Positions 9,190 through 17,325 of a stretch of 28,842 bases of DNA are shown in pieces. Under the pieces are notes generated by a model. The model was not told the origin of the DNA. It was given only the letters and a program-made list of their open reading frames with translations, and ran no database searches. Every line of letters starts with the position of its first letter. Within the stretch, counting starts at the first letter, position 1. A program made the position numbers and the translations under genes. This stretch comes from Candidatus Buchananbacteria bacterium (GTDB lineage Bacteria > Patescibacteriota > Patescibacteriia > 2-01-FULL-39-33), in the NCBI GenBank assembly GCA_903907165.1, contig CAIVNC010000016.1:1-28842 (forward strand). The letters are read 5' to 3'.

Positions 9190-9366
9190 TCAATTATCGA
9201 GCGATTTGCCTAGCATTTTACTATGACAATGCGGACAACTTTTTTCCAATTTCTTGGGAGAACGACTCTCTATTTGATACCCCAAATCATCAAAACCACA
9301 ACCACAGCACCGCCAGTGACAATCTTTTTCTTCTGGCACTACAACTTCTTTGGTTTTTTCTGACAT
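9190..9366 (-). CDS. Small zinc-ribbon protein (58 aa from MSEKTK; alternative start at 9387)
   Basis: CHWRCCGC...CPHCH cysteine/histidine cluster. The ORF-track 120-aa version extends through a highly structured upstream region, so it is probably over-extended. Confidence 0.45.
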   Translation of the reverse strand: MSEKTKEVVVPEEKDCHWRCCGCGFDDLGYQIESRSPKKLEKSCPHCHSKMLGKSLDN

Positions 9367-9414
9367 GATCTCATACCATCCTTTCATGGTTTTTAAGGAA
9401 CTGCAAAAAATCTT

Positions 9415-9541
9415 AGTAAGGCGACGGAAGATTTTATCTTCAATCAGCGTGGTGACCAATATCTCAATAATCAGCCATGGTGAGCCAACTATTACGGTTT
9501 TGATTCGGTGGGAATCAAACCTTGTGAGATACGTCGCCTTA
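9415..9541 (-). other. Structured RNA-like element closed by an 11-bp stem (GUAAGGCGACG / CGUCGCCUUAC) with nested hairpins; candidate riboswitch or structured leader
   Basis: Minus strand: the closing stem encloses UAUCUCA/UGAGAUA, GGUUUGAUUC-CCACC-GAAUCAAACC and GAAGAU-AAA-AUCUUC helices. It lies between a terminator and the zinc-ribbon start codon. Confidence 0.3.
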
Positions 9542-9566
9542 CTGACCTGCAAATAAAGAACGATTT

Positions 9567-9599
9567 ATAAAAAAACAAAAACCGGTCCACTGGGACCGG
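9567..9599 (-). terminator. Strong rho-independent terminator
   Basis: Minus strand: CCGGUCC-cagu-GGACCGG followed by UUUUUGUUUUUUUAU. Confidence 0.65.
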
Positions 9600-9692
9600 G
9601 CTTTATTTGAGCAAACAACCAAAAAGCGCCAAGTCCCTAGACCGGCAACAAGACGACTACTGTTTGGTTAATTTGCTGATGTTTTTTCATAT
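9568..9692 (-). ncRNA. Candidate ~125-nt small transcript (sRNA or leaderless 17-codon micro-ORF MKKHQQINQTVVVLLPV)
   Basis: It is bounded by a perfect consensus promoter and a strong terminator. An internal 13-bp imperfect stem (AGCAAA-uu-AACCAAA / UUUGGUU-g-UUUGCU) is present. An ATG lies about 7 nt after the -10. Confidence 0.3.
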
Positions 9693-9698
9693 ACTGAT

Positions 9699-9727
9699 AT
9701 TATATAGAATATTTTTTAATTAGTCAA
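9699..9727 (-). promoter_or_regulatory. Perfect sigma70 consensus promoter TTGACT-17-TATAAT
   Basis: Minus-strand read: TTGACTaattaaaaaatattctaTATAAT. -35 at 9722-9727, -10 at 9699-9704. Confidence 0.55.
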
Positions 9728-9763
9728 AAAGAAAGACCGTCAGAGCATTTTGCCCTGACGGTC
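9725..9763 (-). terminator. Terminator immediately after the flotillin gene
   Basis: Minus strand: GACCGUCAG-ggcaaaaugcu-CUGACGGUC followed by UUUCUUUUUG. Confidence 0.5.
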
Positions 9764-9807
9764 AGCGATTTTAAAAATCGAAATTACTACAATGCATTTG
9801 AAGATGA

Positions 9808-11673
9808 TCAGTCGACTTTGGCTTCAACCGGCGCAGCCTTCTTGGCGACCGACTGAGGAGCGACACCTTTGGCCGAATCCTGATTCTTTACGATCATTTG
9901 GGCCAGCAGGATGTCAGCAATATTGTTGCTGCCACTGCCAGAACCACTGATCATGATATCGGGCACCAGTTTGATCTTGTTGCTAGCCAAAGCGTTGGCG
10001 ATTTGCACCGCGGCGTAGTTACCAGACTCCATCGAATTAATCTTAAGCTGGGTCACTTCGGCCTCGGCACTACCGATCGCCTTGATCTTGCCAGCTTCGG
10101 CGTTACCAACAGTCGTCGTGACCATTGCGTCGGCTTCGGCGTTGACCTTCTTGGACTCGGCCTGACCCTTGGCATTTTCGATAGCCGCCTGAGCCTCAAA
10201 GTTGGCAATCGTCACTTTGCGCTCGGAAGCCACAACGTTGGCCTGGGTGGCAGCCATGGCCTTGGACTGCTCCAATTCCTTGCGAGTGTCTTCAGCCATC
10301 TGCTGAGTCTGGAAAGTCACCTTTTGCTGTTCGGCGATTTTCCGATCCGTGAGCGTTTTCATCAGATCTTCCGGCGGGACGATATCGCCAATCAGCGTAT
10401 CGATGGCTCCGACATTATACTCTTCCAGAGCCCGGCCGATTTGCTTCTTGGCGTCTTCCTGGCGAGCTTGACGCTCAGCCAGAAACTCGATCACATCTGA
10501 GCCCTGAGCGGCGTTTCGGAAGTAGTTACCGATTGTCGGCTCCAGCACCTGAGTAACCAGGTTACTCACTGATCCGAACATCGCGATAACCCTTGGCGCG
10601 TAGTTGCGACAGATGTTGATGATCTGGGCAACGTCCAAGTTGAACGTGAAGCCGTCGGAGGAGCGCACCTTGATCGTACAAAGATTCTTATCAAGGTTGT
10701 GCGCTTCGCTTTTGCCAGTCGCCCAGTTCAGGACGATATTGGCGGTCGGAACGTTTTCCACGCGATGGGTTCTGGTGTTAATAGGGTACATGCCAGGATC
10801 GAGAGGATCAACCCAGACACCTCTTTCTCCGTGACTGACCAGATTACCATGCTTGAATCCGTCGCCAGTGACATCCTTGCCAGCTTCGCCGACATAGGAA
10901 ATAACGACACCAACGTGAGCAATGGGCACAGTCGTCATTTCCACCATTTCGACTGAAACTAGCCATGGATTGAAAAAGTAACAACCAGCCAGAATCACCT
11001 GTTCCTGAAGACCTTTAAAACCCCCATTGTCGAGGAAAGCCTGGCCGTTCTGAAACATACTGTGATTGGGAATTTCCGGTCCGGCAATTTCACCAGACGG
11101 AAGCGGCTTACCTTCTTTGGTCGTCACAATCCCAACCTTGCCATCCTCGATCTCAACGACGTCGGTCGTATTAATCGTAAACAACGAGGTGTTTATCCTG
11201 TACGTTCCAGGAGGAATGATCGCAATTTGGGGACCGCGCTCACCGCCATTACTGAGAAATTCGCGCGCATTTTGGAAAAGATCACATTCGACGTGCTTGG
11301 CCAAAATCCGGCCGGCCGAGATAGGCCTGCCATCACGTGACTCAACCACACCAATCCAACCTTTCTTGATTGTGATGAAATCCTCAATCACGATCTCATA
11401 CTGCCAGGGCCAATAACCCCAATGCAGTCCTGGCGCCAACGTATCGGCCTGGATACCGGCTTCACCCTTCAGGGCAATAATCTGCCCATCGGAAAGATTC
11501 CGGTTTGCTCCGAACAGCACGAACTTTTTGTTGACGATACCGATGGAGCTCTGGGGGATAATCACTATCCCGAACAAACGGAAAGTCCAGCGGTAACAGG
11601 CGACGAATAGAAAACAACCGATGATGGCAAAAAGCCACCAGTGACTCAGGGTCCAACCGATCAGCGTCTCCAT
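9808..11673 (-). CDS. Flotillin-like SPFH/band-7 family membrane protein (621 aa)
   Basis: N-terminal TM segment, internally duplicated FLSNGGERGPQ / FLDNGGFKGLQ segments, and a C-terminal Ala/Glu/Gln-rich coiled-coil flotillin tail (VGNAEAGKIKAIGSAEAEV). GC is clearly higher than in neighbouring genes. Confidence 0.75.
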   Translation of the reverse strand: METLIGWTLSHWWLFAIIGCFLFVACYRWTFRLFGIVIIPQSSIGIVNKKFVLFGANRNLSDGQIIALKGEAGIQADTLAPGLHWGYWPWQYEIVIEDFITIKKGWIGVVESRDGRPISAGRILAKHVECDLFQNAREFLSNGGERGPQIAIIPPGTYRINTSLFTINTTDVVEIEDGKVGIVTTKEGKPLPSGEIAGPEIPNHSMFQNGQAFLDNGGFKGLQEQVILAGCYFFNPWLVSVEMVEMTTVPIAHVGVVISYVGEAGKDVTGDGFKHGNLVSHGERGVWVDPLDPGMYPINTRTHRVENVPTANIVLNWATGKSEAHNLDKNLCTIKVRSSDGFTFNLDVAQIINICRNYAPRVIAMFGSVSNLVTQVLEPTIGNYFRNAAQGSDVIEFLAERQARQEDAKKQIGRALEEYNVGAIDTLIGDIVPPEDLMKTLTDRKIAEQQKVTFQTQQMAEDTRKELEQSKAMAATQANVVASERKVTIANFEAQAAIENAKGQAESKKVNAEADAMVTTTVGNAEAGKIKAIGSAEAEVTQLKINSMESGNYAAVQIANALASNKIKLVPDIMISGSGSGSNNIADILLAQMIVKNQDSAKGVAPQSVAKKAAPVEAKVD

Positions 11674-11748
11674 AATTCTTACTTCCTTTCATCTTCGTTT
11701 TATGTTGTCAATATACTTCCGGGCAACCCGGAAGACCTTCCGCGAATG

Positions 11749-11777
11749 ACTATAGAACATATAACAAATTTTGTCAA
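11749..11777 (-). promoter_or_regulatory. Promoter for the flotillin gene: TTGACA-17-TATAGT
   Basis: Minus strand: -35 at 11772-11777, -10 at 11749-11754. About 75 nt of 5' UTR with RBS AAAGGAAG. Confidence 0.5.
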
Positions 11778-11783
11778 GACTTT

Positions 11784-11819
11784 GAGATTATTTTGTTTAA
11801 ATTTAAACAAAATAATCTC
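11784..11819. promoter_or_regulatory. Perfect 36-bp palindrome GAGATTATTTTGTTTAAA|TTTAAACAAAATAATCTC abutting the flotillin -35
   Basis: Exact 18/18 inverted repeat with no spacer. It ends 6 bp upstream of the -35 hexamer and looks like a dimeric transcription-factor operator. Confidence 0.45.
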
Positions 11820-11831
11820 AAAAATATAAAA

Positions 11832-11860
11832 AACATCGACCTTGATCGATGTTTTTCTAT
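11832..11860. terminator. Bidirectional terminator downstream of murF
   Basis: AACATCGA-ccttga-TCGATGTT flanked by an A-run and TTTTTCTATTT. Confidence 0.5.
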
Positions 11861-11874
11861 TTCACTAAAATTAG

Positions 11875-13179
11875 TTATTTATTCAACCAAACCCTATCCT
11901 GTCTAACCAATAAATCCTTAGCCTTGAGCGGTTCGGCCATAATTTCTTTGACAATCTTCTCCATTCTCATACCCTGAGAGCCTTTGACGAGCACATAATC
12001 CCCTTCCTCCAAACGATCTTGAAGGAATAGCCCGGCTCGTGGTGAATCAGAAAAAGTAAAAACATGATCACTATCCATTCCTTGACGCTCAACTTCGGCC
12101 GCGATTGTTCTCGCTCGCTCGCCGACCGTTACCAAAATATCTATTCCATTTTGAACCACAATCTCCCCTATCGTTCGATGAGCCTCAACCGTATAATTGC
12201 CAAGCTCCAACATATCGCCAAGAACGGCGTATTTTTTGCCAGTGGCTTCTATTTTACCAAAAGCCTTAAGAGCAGCGGTCATTGATTCCGTACTAGCATT
12301 ATAAGTATCGTCGATAATGGTAGTATTTTTAATTCCAGAGATCAGATTCATTCTTCCCTTTGGTGCCACAAACATCCTGAGAGCCTCAGAAATTTCTAAC
12401 AAATTCATGCCATAAACGACACCCAAAGCTGCCCCGGCAAGTGCTGCATAAATCAAATGTTCGCCTAGAATTCTAGGAAGTAAAACTGGCACCGTACTGC
12501 CCTTATAAGTCAACTTAAAACTCAAACCAGCAATTCCGCCGTCACCAAGCGAGGAATCTTTTTGAGAAATTTTAATTTCCGAAGCGGTTAGATCAGCTGG
12601 ATTATTAATACCATAAGTAATTACCCTAGCTGGAGTTTCTTTGATCATCTCCGCTACGTGCTCGTTGTCGTTATTCAAAATAGCCCAACCATTCTGCGGT
12701 AAATGAGAAACCATCACTGATTTTTCCTTAGCAATTTTATCTATACTCTTAAAATATTCCAAATGAACCGAACCAATATTTGCCACCACACCGATTTTAC
12801 ACGGGGCAAGGTCGGTTAAATATTTCATATCACCAGGACGATCCACGCCCATTTCCAAAACTAAAATTTTGGGATAACTTTTTTCTTTCCAGGCGAGCAA
12901 TAATAAACCTCTGAGAATAACAACAGCCCAACCGATAATCGAACTCTCTCCTGAGCTTGACCCAATAATTGTGAGTGGTAGTCCAATTTCATTATTAAAG
13001 TTCTTAACATTGCGACGAACCTCAAATTTTTGAGACAAGACGGTATAGATCGCGTCTTTGGTCGAGGTTTTGCCAAAACTACCGGTTACACCAATAACAT
13101 CGGGCTTATATTTTTTTAAAATCGCGTGCGCCAAAATCCGCAATTTCCATTTGACTATTTTTTTAAAAAAATCTTTCAT
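11875..13179 (-). CDS. murF: UDP-N-acetylmuramoyl-tripeptide--D-alanyl-D-alanine ligase
   Basis: GVTGSFGKTSTK P-loop of Mur ligases, 434 aa. Position after ftsI in the dcw cluster. Confidence 0.85.
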   Translation of the reverse strand: MKDFFKKIVKWKLRILAHAILKKYKPDVIGVTGSFGKTSTKDAIYTVLSQKFEVRRNVKNFNNEIGLPLTIIGSSSGESSIIGWAVVILRGLLLLAWKEKSYPKILVLEMGVDRPGDMKYLTDLAPCKIGVVANIGSVHLEYFKSIDKIAKEKSVMVSHLPQNGWAILNNDNEHVAEMIKETPARVITYGINNPADLTASEIKISQKDSSLGDGGIAGLSFKLTYKGSTVPVLLPRILGEHLIYAALAGAALGVVYGMNLLEISEALRMFVAPKGRMNLISGIKNTTIIDDTYNASTESMTAALKAFGKIEATGKKYAVLGDMLELGNYTVEAHRTIGEIVVQNGIDILVTVGERARTIAAEVERQGMDSDHVFTFSDSPRAGLFLQDRLEEGDYVLVKGSQGMRMEKIVKEIMAEPLKAKDLLVRQDRVWLNK

Positions 13180-13191
13180 GATGACTGATTA

Positions 13192-15150
13192 TTAATTATT
13201 GCTCAAAAAAGTGTGCGGCGGTTTAAGACCAACCTGAGCATCGCTGTCATGTGGGATATTATAGTATTGCATGATAAATTTAGCAACATCGCCAAAAACT
13301 GGAGCCGCCACAGTTACAGCATCTGGAGCGCCTTCCGGTCTTCTTACGGCCACAGCAATAACCACTCGAGGATTATTAAATGGAGCAAAACCGACAAAAG
13401 ATACATCGACATCATTAGTATAACGACCACCAGGGCCAGCTTTTTGAGCTGTACCAGTCTTACCGCCAACAATATAGCCAGGAACAGCAGCATTTTTACC
13501 ATGACCATTTTCTACAACGCTGACGAGCATTCCCATAATCGTGGAAGCTGTTTTGGCGGAAATGACTTGGCGCACTTCTTGCGGTTGAAAATTTTGCACA
13601 GTGCCATCGCTCTTGATAATTTGAGAAACTAGTAACGGTTTCATTAAAACTCCGCCATTGGAAATAGCACCATAAGCCATGGCCATTTGGAGTGGTGTGA
13701 CCATAATACCTTGGCCAAAAGAAGCCGTAGCCGGATAAACATCACCCTTTTTATAAAGGTTGGTTAAATTTCCAGCTACTTCTCCCGACAAAGGAATGCC
13801 AGTCAATTTGCCAAAACCGAAATCTTCAACATATTTCAAAAAAACTTTTGGCGTAGTGGCTTCCATGGCAAACATAGCTCCCGTATTGATGGAAAAATCC
13901 AAAACTTCGGTCATAGTCTGCTTGCCGTATATTTTATTCTTATAATTCTTAATAGTATACGGCCCAATCTTGACACCACCAGTGTCCACATAAGTCGTGT
14001 CTGGCGTAACCTTGCCCATATCAACCGCTGCCGACATAGTTATGCTCTTAAAAATTGAGCCAGGCTCATAAGCTTCATTGACCGCCGGAATATTATAAAC
14101 CGAACCATCGGTTACTTGGCTATAAAGATCGGGATTATAATCCGGTGATCCGCACATAGCCAATATCGCTCCTGTTTTTGGATCCATTACAATAATTGAA
14201 CCTTTTTCTGCCTTGAAATGATCAACTGCCTTATTAATATCATCACAAGCCTTATACTGAATAGCTCGGTCAATTGTTGTCACTAGGCTCGATCCGTCTT
14301 CTTTTTCTTTAATTGAATTTTGACCGATGGCGATAATATTTCCCCAAGTATCTTTTTCAGAATGGATTTCACCATATTTTCCCGTCAAAAGATTATTATA
14401 ATAACCTTCGAGTCCATACATACCTTGACGAGCGTCATTCTTCATCCCCCAAAAACCAAAGAGTTGTCCGCCAAGATCGTTCTCTGAATAAAAACGCCAA
14501 GACTCGTCTTGAAATCTCAAGCCGTCAATGTTCAAAGCTTTAATTTTTACCACTTGATCGTCGGTTAATTTATGTCTAATAACCTGGTACTGACTATTTG
14601 GTTTGCTTAATTTTGTTAAGAGTGAGGTCATCTCCTCATTTTTCTTGTCGGCGAACCATTGATCTTTTCTGGTTTGTTTAATCTCAGCTGCCAAGGCCGG
14701 ATCAAGAGTCGGAGATAAATCCTTAAACAAATCCTTTTGAGCTTCATCCCAATTATCCGTTTCTGGCAAGCCGAAGATGTCAAAAAGTTGCTGAGCCACA
14801 GTAGTTGGATCCTTGATCATAATCGGCACAGCAAAGAGCATTGCTAATGACCTATTGCTGACCAAAGGATAAATAGACTGGCCATCGCCATTATTTTCTT
14901 TAACATAAATACTCCCCCGCTCTGGCACTAATTTTTGATAAAGATCGTGCTGATCAGCCGCCATAGCTGTATAAAAAGCACCCTTAAATATTTGCAAATC
15001 AGCCAAACGCAAAATAATCAGGCCAGACCCAATAATAAAAAGCAGTGCTAATACCTTAACCCTGCCTTGACCATCGTCTTTCTTGTTTTTTTTGCTAATC
15101 GCCAGTCGTGAGCTCATTTGCTTTAATTTTATGATTGCTCCAATTGCCAC
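13192..15150 (-). CDS. ftsI: Penicillin-binding protein, class B transpeptidase (FtsI/PBP2-like)
   Basis: N-terminal TM anchor and an SxxK motif (GSIFKS), 652 aa. dcw context. Confidence 0.85.
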   Translation of the reverse strand: MAIGAIIKLKQMSSRLAISKKNKKDDGQGRVKVLALLFIIGSGLIILRLADLQIFKGAFYTAMAADQHDLYQKLVPERGSIYVKENNGDGQSIYPLVSNRSLAMLFAVPIMIKDPTTVAQQLFDIFGLPETDNWDEAQKDLFKDLSPTLDPALAAEIKQTRKDQWFADKKNEEMTSLLTKLSKPNSQYQVIRHKLTDDQVVKIKALNIDGLRFQDESWRFYSENDLGGQLFGFWGMKNDARQGMYGLEGYYNNLLTGKYGEIHSEKDTWGNIIAIGQNSIKEKEDGSSLVTTIDRAIQYKACDDINKAVDHFKAEKGSIIVMDPKTGAILAMCGSPDYNPDLYSQVTDGSVYNIPAVNEAYEPGSIFKSITMSAAVDMGKVTPDTTYVDTGGVKIGPYTIKNYKNKIYGKQTMTEVLDFSINTGAMFAMEATTPKVFLKYVEDFGFGKLTGIPLSGEVAGNLTNLYKKGDVYPATASFGQGIMVTPLQMAMAYGAISNGGVLMKPLLVSQIIKSDGTVQNFQPQEVRQVISAKTASTIMGMLVSVVENGHGKNAAVPGYIVGGKTGTAQKAGPGGRYTNDVDVSFVGFAPFNNPRVVIAVAVRRPEGAPDAVTVAAPVFGDVAKFIMQYYNIPHDSDAQVGLKPPHTFLSNN

Positions 15151-15157
15151 TAGATGA

Positions 15158-15460
15158 CTAATTGTTAAATGCCACTGCCGAATTATTTACATTTATTATT
15201 TCCATATTATCTGAAGGCACTAGATTTAGAGTATTCGCTTGAGCCAAAACATTAGACATTGATTGCAATTGGACATATTCTAGATTCATTTTCTTATTAT
15301 CTTCCTGTAAACTGGCAATTTTATTTTGCATATCCTTCATTTGATAACCCTTGGCAGCGGTACCATTAGTTTGAACTAGATAGGCAAAGCCGGTGGCAAT
15401 AATCAAACTGCCAATCAAAAAACATGCTGATTTTGAAACGAAAAATCCTTTAACTGACAT
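15158..15460 (-). CDS. ftsL: Cell division protein FtsL-like (100 aa; ORF-track start at 15532 is probably over-extended)
   Basis: Short cytoplasmic N-terminus, single TM segment, coiled-coil (MQNKIASLQEDNKKMNLEYVQLQ). AAAGG RBS before the MSVKG start. Position between rsmH and ftsI. Confidence 0.55.
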   Translation of the reverse strand: MSVKGFFVSKSACFLIGSLIIATGFAYLVQTNGTAAKGYQMKDMQNKIASLQEDNKKMNLEYVQLQSMSNVLAQANTLNLVPSDNMEIINVNNSAVAFNN

Positions 15461-15565
15461 AATCGCCTTTTGACGATGATTCAATTCTGGGAAATGATGA
15501 TTACAACCTTTTTTGTTCCAAAATTTACACATATCTTATATTTATTTCAAAAAAATAATATTAAT

Positions 15566-16468
15566 TTATAGTTTTTCCACGACTCGCAATTTGGAACTGC
15601 GACTGCGCGGATTGCGTTTTATCTCCTCTGCGGAAGGCGCCACCGGCTTTCTTGTCACTAATTTAAACGGTGGTTCATCTTTTTTGCTCCAATCGCGGAA
15701 AAAATTCTTAACAATCCGATCTTCACCGGAATGGAAAGAAATAACCGCCAGGCGCCCTCCCGGAGCCAAACATTCAATGGCTTTCGGTAAAACACTTTTC
15801 AAATTGCCAAATTCATCATTAACCGCAATGCGGAGTGCCTGGAAAATCCTGGTCGCAGGGTTTTTTCGGGACACTGATTTGAATTTGGTTCGGTAGATTT
15901 CTGAAACTAGCTGGACAAGCATTTCAGCTGTTTCTATGTTGATGCCATTAAGCCGATCAGCGATGATTTTCTTGGCGATCGGGCGTGCTAATGGTTCATC
16001 CCCATATTGTGCAAATATTTTAAATAAATCTCCTTCATTGTAAGTCCGCAAAATCTCTGCTGCGGTTGGCCGGTCTTCGGTTTCGTCAAATCTTAAATCA
16101 AGAAATCCTTCATTTTGGAAGCTAAATCCGCGATGTTCTGCGCCGAGCTGATCAGATGAAAGGCCAAGGTCCAATAAGACGCCGTTGATATTAAATAATC
16201 CCAAATCATTTTTAACTTTTTTAATTATTTGATCTAAGTTCCGATAATTATCGTGAACTAAAATTAAATTCTTAGGTTTTTTGAATTCTTCAACCGTTTT
16301 TGGATCGAGATCGATACCAATAACCTTGCCATTTGGCTTAACTTTTTCGAGCATTGCAAGAGAATGTCCACCGCCGCCAAAAGTACAGTCCACAAAATTT
16401 TGATTAGCTTCGGGTTTTAAATATTCCAGAACTTCTGAGAGTAAAACCGGTTCGTGAATGGTCTTCAT
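15566..16468 (-). CDS. rsmH: 16S rRNA (cytosine1402-N4)-methyltransferase
   Basis: MraW signature: EPVLL...DCTFGGGGHS. 300 aa. Confidence 0.9.
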   Translation of the reverse strand: MKTIHEPVLLSEVLEYLKPEANQNFVDCTFGGGGHSLAMLEKVKPNGKVIGIDLDPKTVEEFKKPKNLILVHDNYRNLDQIIKKVKNDLGLFNINGVLLDLGLSSDQLGAEHRGFSFQNEGFLDLRFDETEDRPTAAEILRTYNEGDLFKIFAQYGDEPLARPIAKKIIADRLNGINIETAEMLVQLVSEIYRTKFKSVSRKNPATRIFQALRIAVNDEFGNLKSVLPKAIECLAPGGRLAVISFHSGEDRIVKNFFRDWSKKDEPPFKLVTRKPVAPSAEEIKRNPRSRSSKLRVVEKL

Positions 16469-16485
16469 CTATATTAATAATATTT

Positions 16486-16535
16486 CGGAAAAATAAGGTG
16501 GATTATTTCAAGAACTAGCCTTGAAATCTTCCACC
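16486..16535 (-). terminator. Long imperfect hairpin plus U-tract between the small ORF and rsmH (intra-cluster terminator or attenuator candidate)
   Basis: Minus strand: GGUGGAAGAUUUCAAG-gcuaguu-CUUGAAAUAAUCCACC (14/16 paired) followed by UUAUUUUUCC. Confidence 0.35.
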
Positions 16536-16565
16536 TGGGAGTGTGCTTAAAAACCAATGCTTGGC

Positions 16566-16718
16566 CTAATGGGAAACGAGGGACTGAAAGAGACTGGCTT
16601 TGTACGAACGGCGAGCCTGTTCGATGCGATCGCGGCGTTCAAAGCGAGCTTTTTCTTCTTTCACGTCTTGTTTGACTTGATCGGCAGAGCGACCACTAAA
16701 CGGAGTAAGCGTTGACAT
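16566..16718 (-). CDS. Small basic protein (50 aa) between mraZ and rsmH
   Basis: Strong RBS AGGAGAA 7 nt before the ATG (MSTLTPFSGRSADQVKQDVKEEKARFERRDRIEQARRSYK...). It is GC-rich compared with neighbours. The ORF-track start at 16769 lies upstream of this RBS. Confidence 0.45.
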   Translation of the reverse strand: MSTLTPFSGRSADQVKQDVKEEKARFERRDRIEQARRSYKASLFQSLVSH

Positions 16719-16822
16719 GATAATTCTCCTTCTTCTGGAATTTCTGAGTTGAAACGAATTTTTGTTCAATCTGCGAAAGCAGATGGTTGGTTTTTAAAGC
16801 TTTTAAGGTACGACTTTGATTT

Positions 16823-17260
16823 CTATTCTATATTAGTCGATAAATCACTTAATTGTTCGGCAATGGAGTTGGAATTCTTTTCGGTGGCTGATTTCATTTT
16901 ATTCCATTGATCTTCATCCCAAATTTCTAGTCTATCGTAAAGTCCGGCAACAACAACTTTTTTATCCAGTCCAGCAAACTTTCTGAGGTAGTCTGGCAAA
17001 ACGATTCTGCCCTGACCATCAACCTCAACGTCCATAGCGCTAGCGAGAATAAAACGGGATACTGCACGACTACTTTCTTTATTGATTGGCATGGCAGCAA
17101 CTTTTGGTGCTATCTGCTCCCAACTTTTCTTGGGGTAAAGCACCAAACAGTTATCAAATCCTTGAGTCACAACTGCCTTTTTCAAATCATTACGAAACTT
17201 AGCTGGTACTGCCAGCCTTCCTTTTGCATCAATATTGTGGGAGTATTGCCCTAAAAACAT
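16823..17260 (-). CDS. mraZ: Transcriptional regulator MraZ
   Basis: MFLGQYSHNIDAKGRLAVP... duplicated MraZ fold, 145 aa. First gene of the dcw cluster. Confidence 0.9.
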   Translation of the reverse strand: MFLGQYSHNIDAKGRLAVPAKFRNDLKKAVVTQGFDNCLVLYPKKSWEQIAPKVAAMPINKESSRAVSRFILASAMDVEVDGQGRIVLPDYLRKFAGLDKKVVVAGLYDRLEIWDEDQWNKMKSATEKNSNSIAEQLSDLSTNIE

Positions 17261-17290
17261 GTATTTTTAGTTTTTAACTTACTTTAAATT

Positions 17291-17316
17291 CCCCACTTAT
17301 CCCCACCATTCCCCTC
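17291..17316 (-). promoter_or_regulatory. MraZ operator: three direct repeats (GTGGGG, GTGGGG, GAGGGG) at 10-bp phasing in the mraZ leader
   Basis: Minus strand: GAGGGGAATG GTGGGGATAA GTGGGGAATT, immediately downstream of the -10. This matches the known GTGGG-type MraZ boxes of other bacteria. Confidence 0.55.
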
Positions 17317-17325
17317 TTTGATATA

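Noticed and set aside
9190-9552. Full 120-aa ORF-track version of the zinc-ribbon gene
   Set aside because: The N-terminal 60 codons coincide with dense nested dyad symmetry and follow a terminator. The shorter 58-65-aa zinc-ribbon ORF is more plausible, though protein coding through the structured region cannot be excluded.
9898-10500. 200-aa plus-strand ORF antisense to the flotillin gene (Gly/Leu/His-rich)
   Set aside because: It is a mirror of the Ala/Glu-rich coiled-coil codons of the GC-rich flotillin gene. It has no RBS and a low-complexity composition typical of antisense artefacts.
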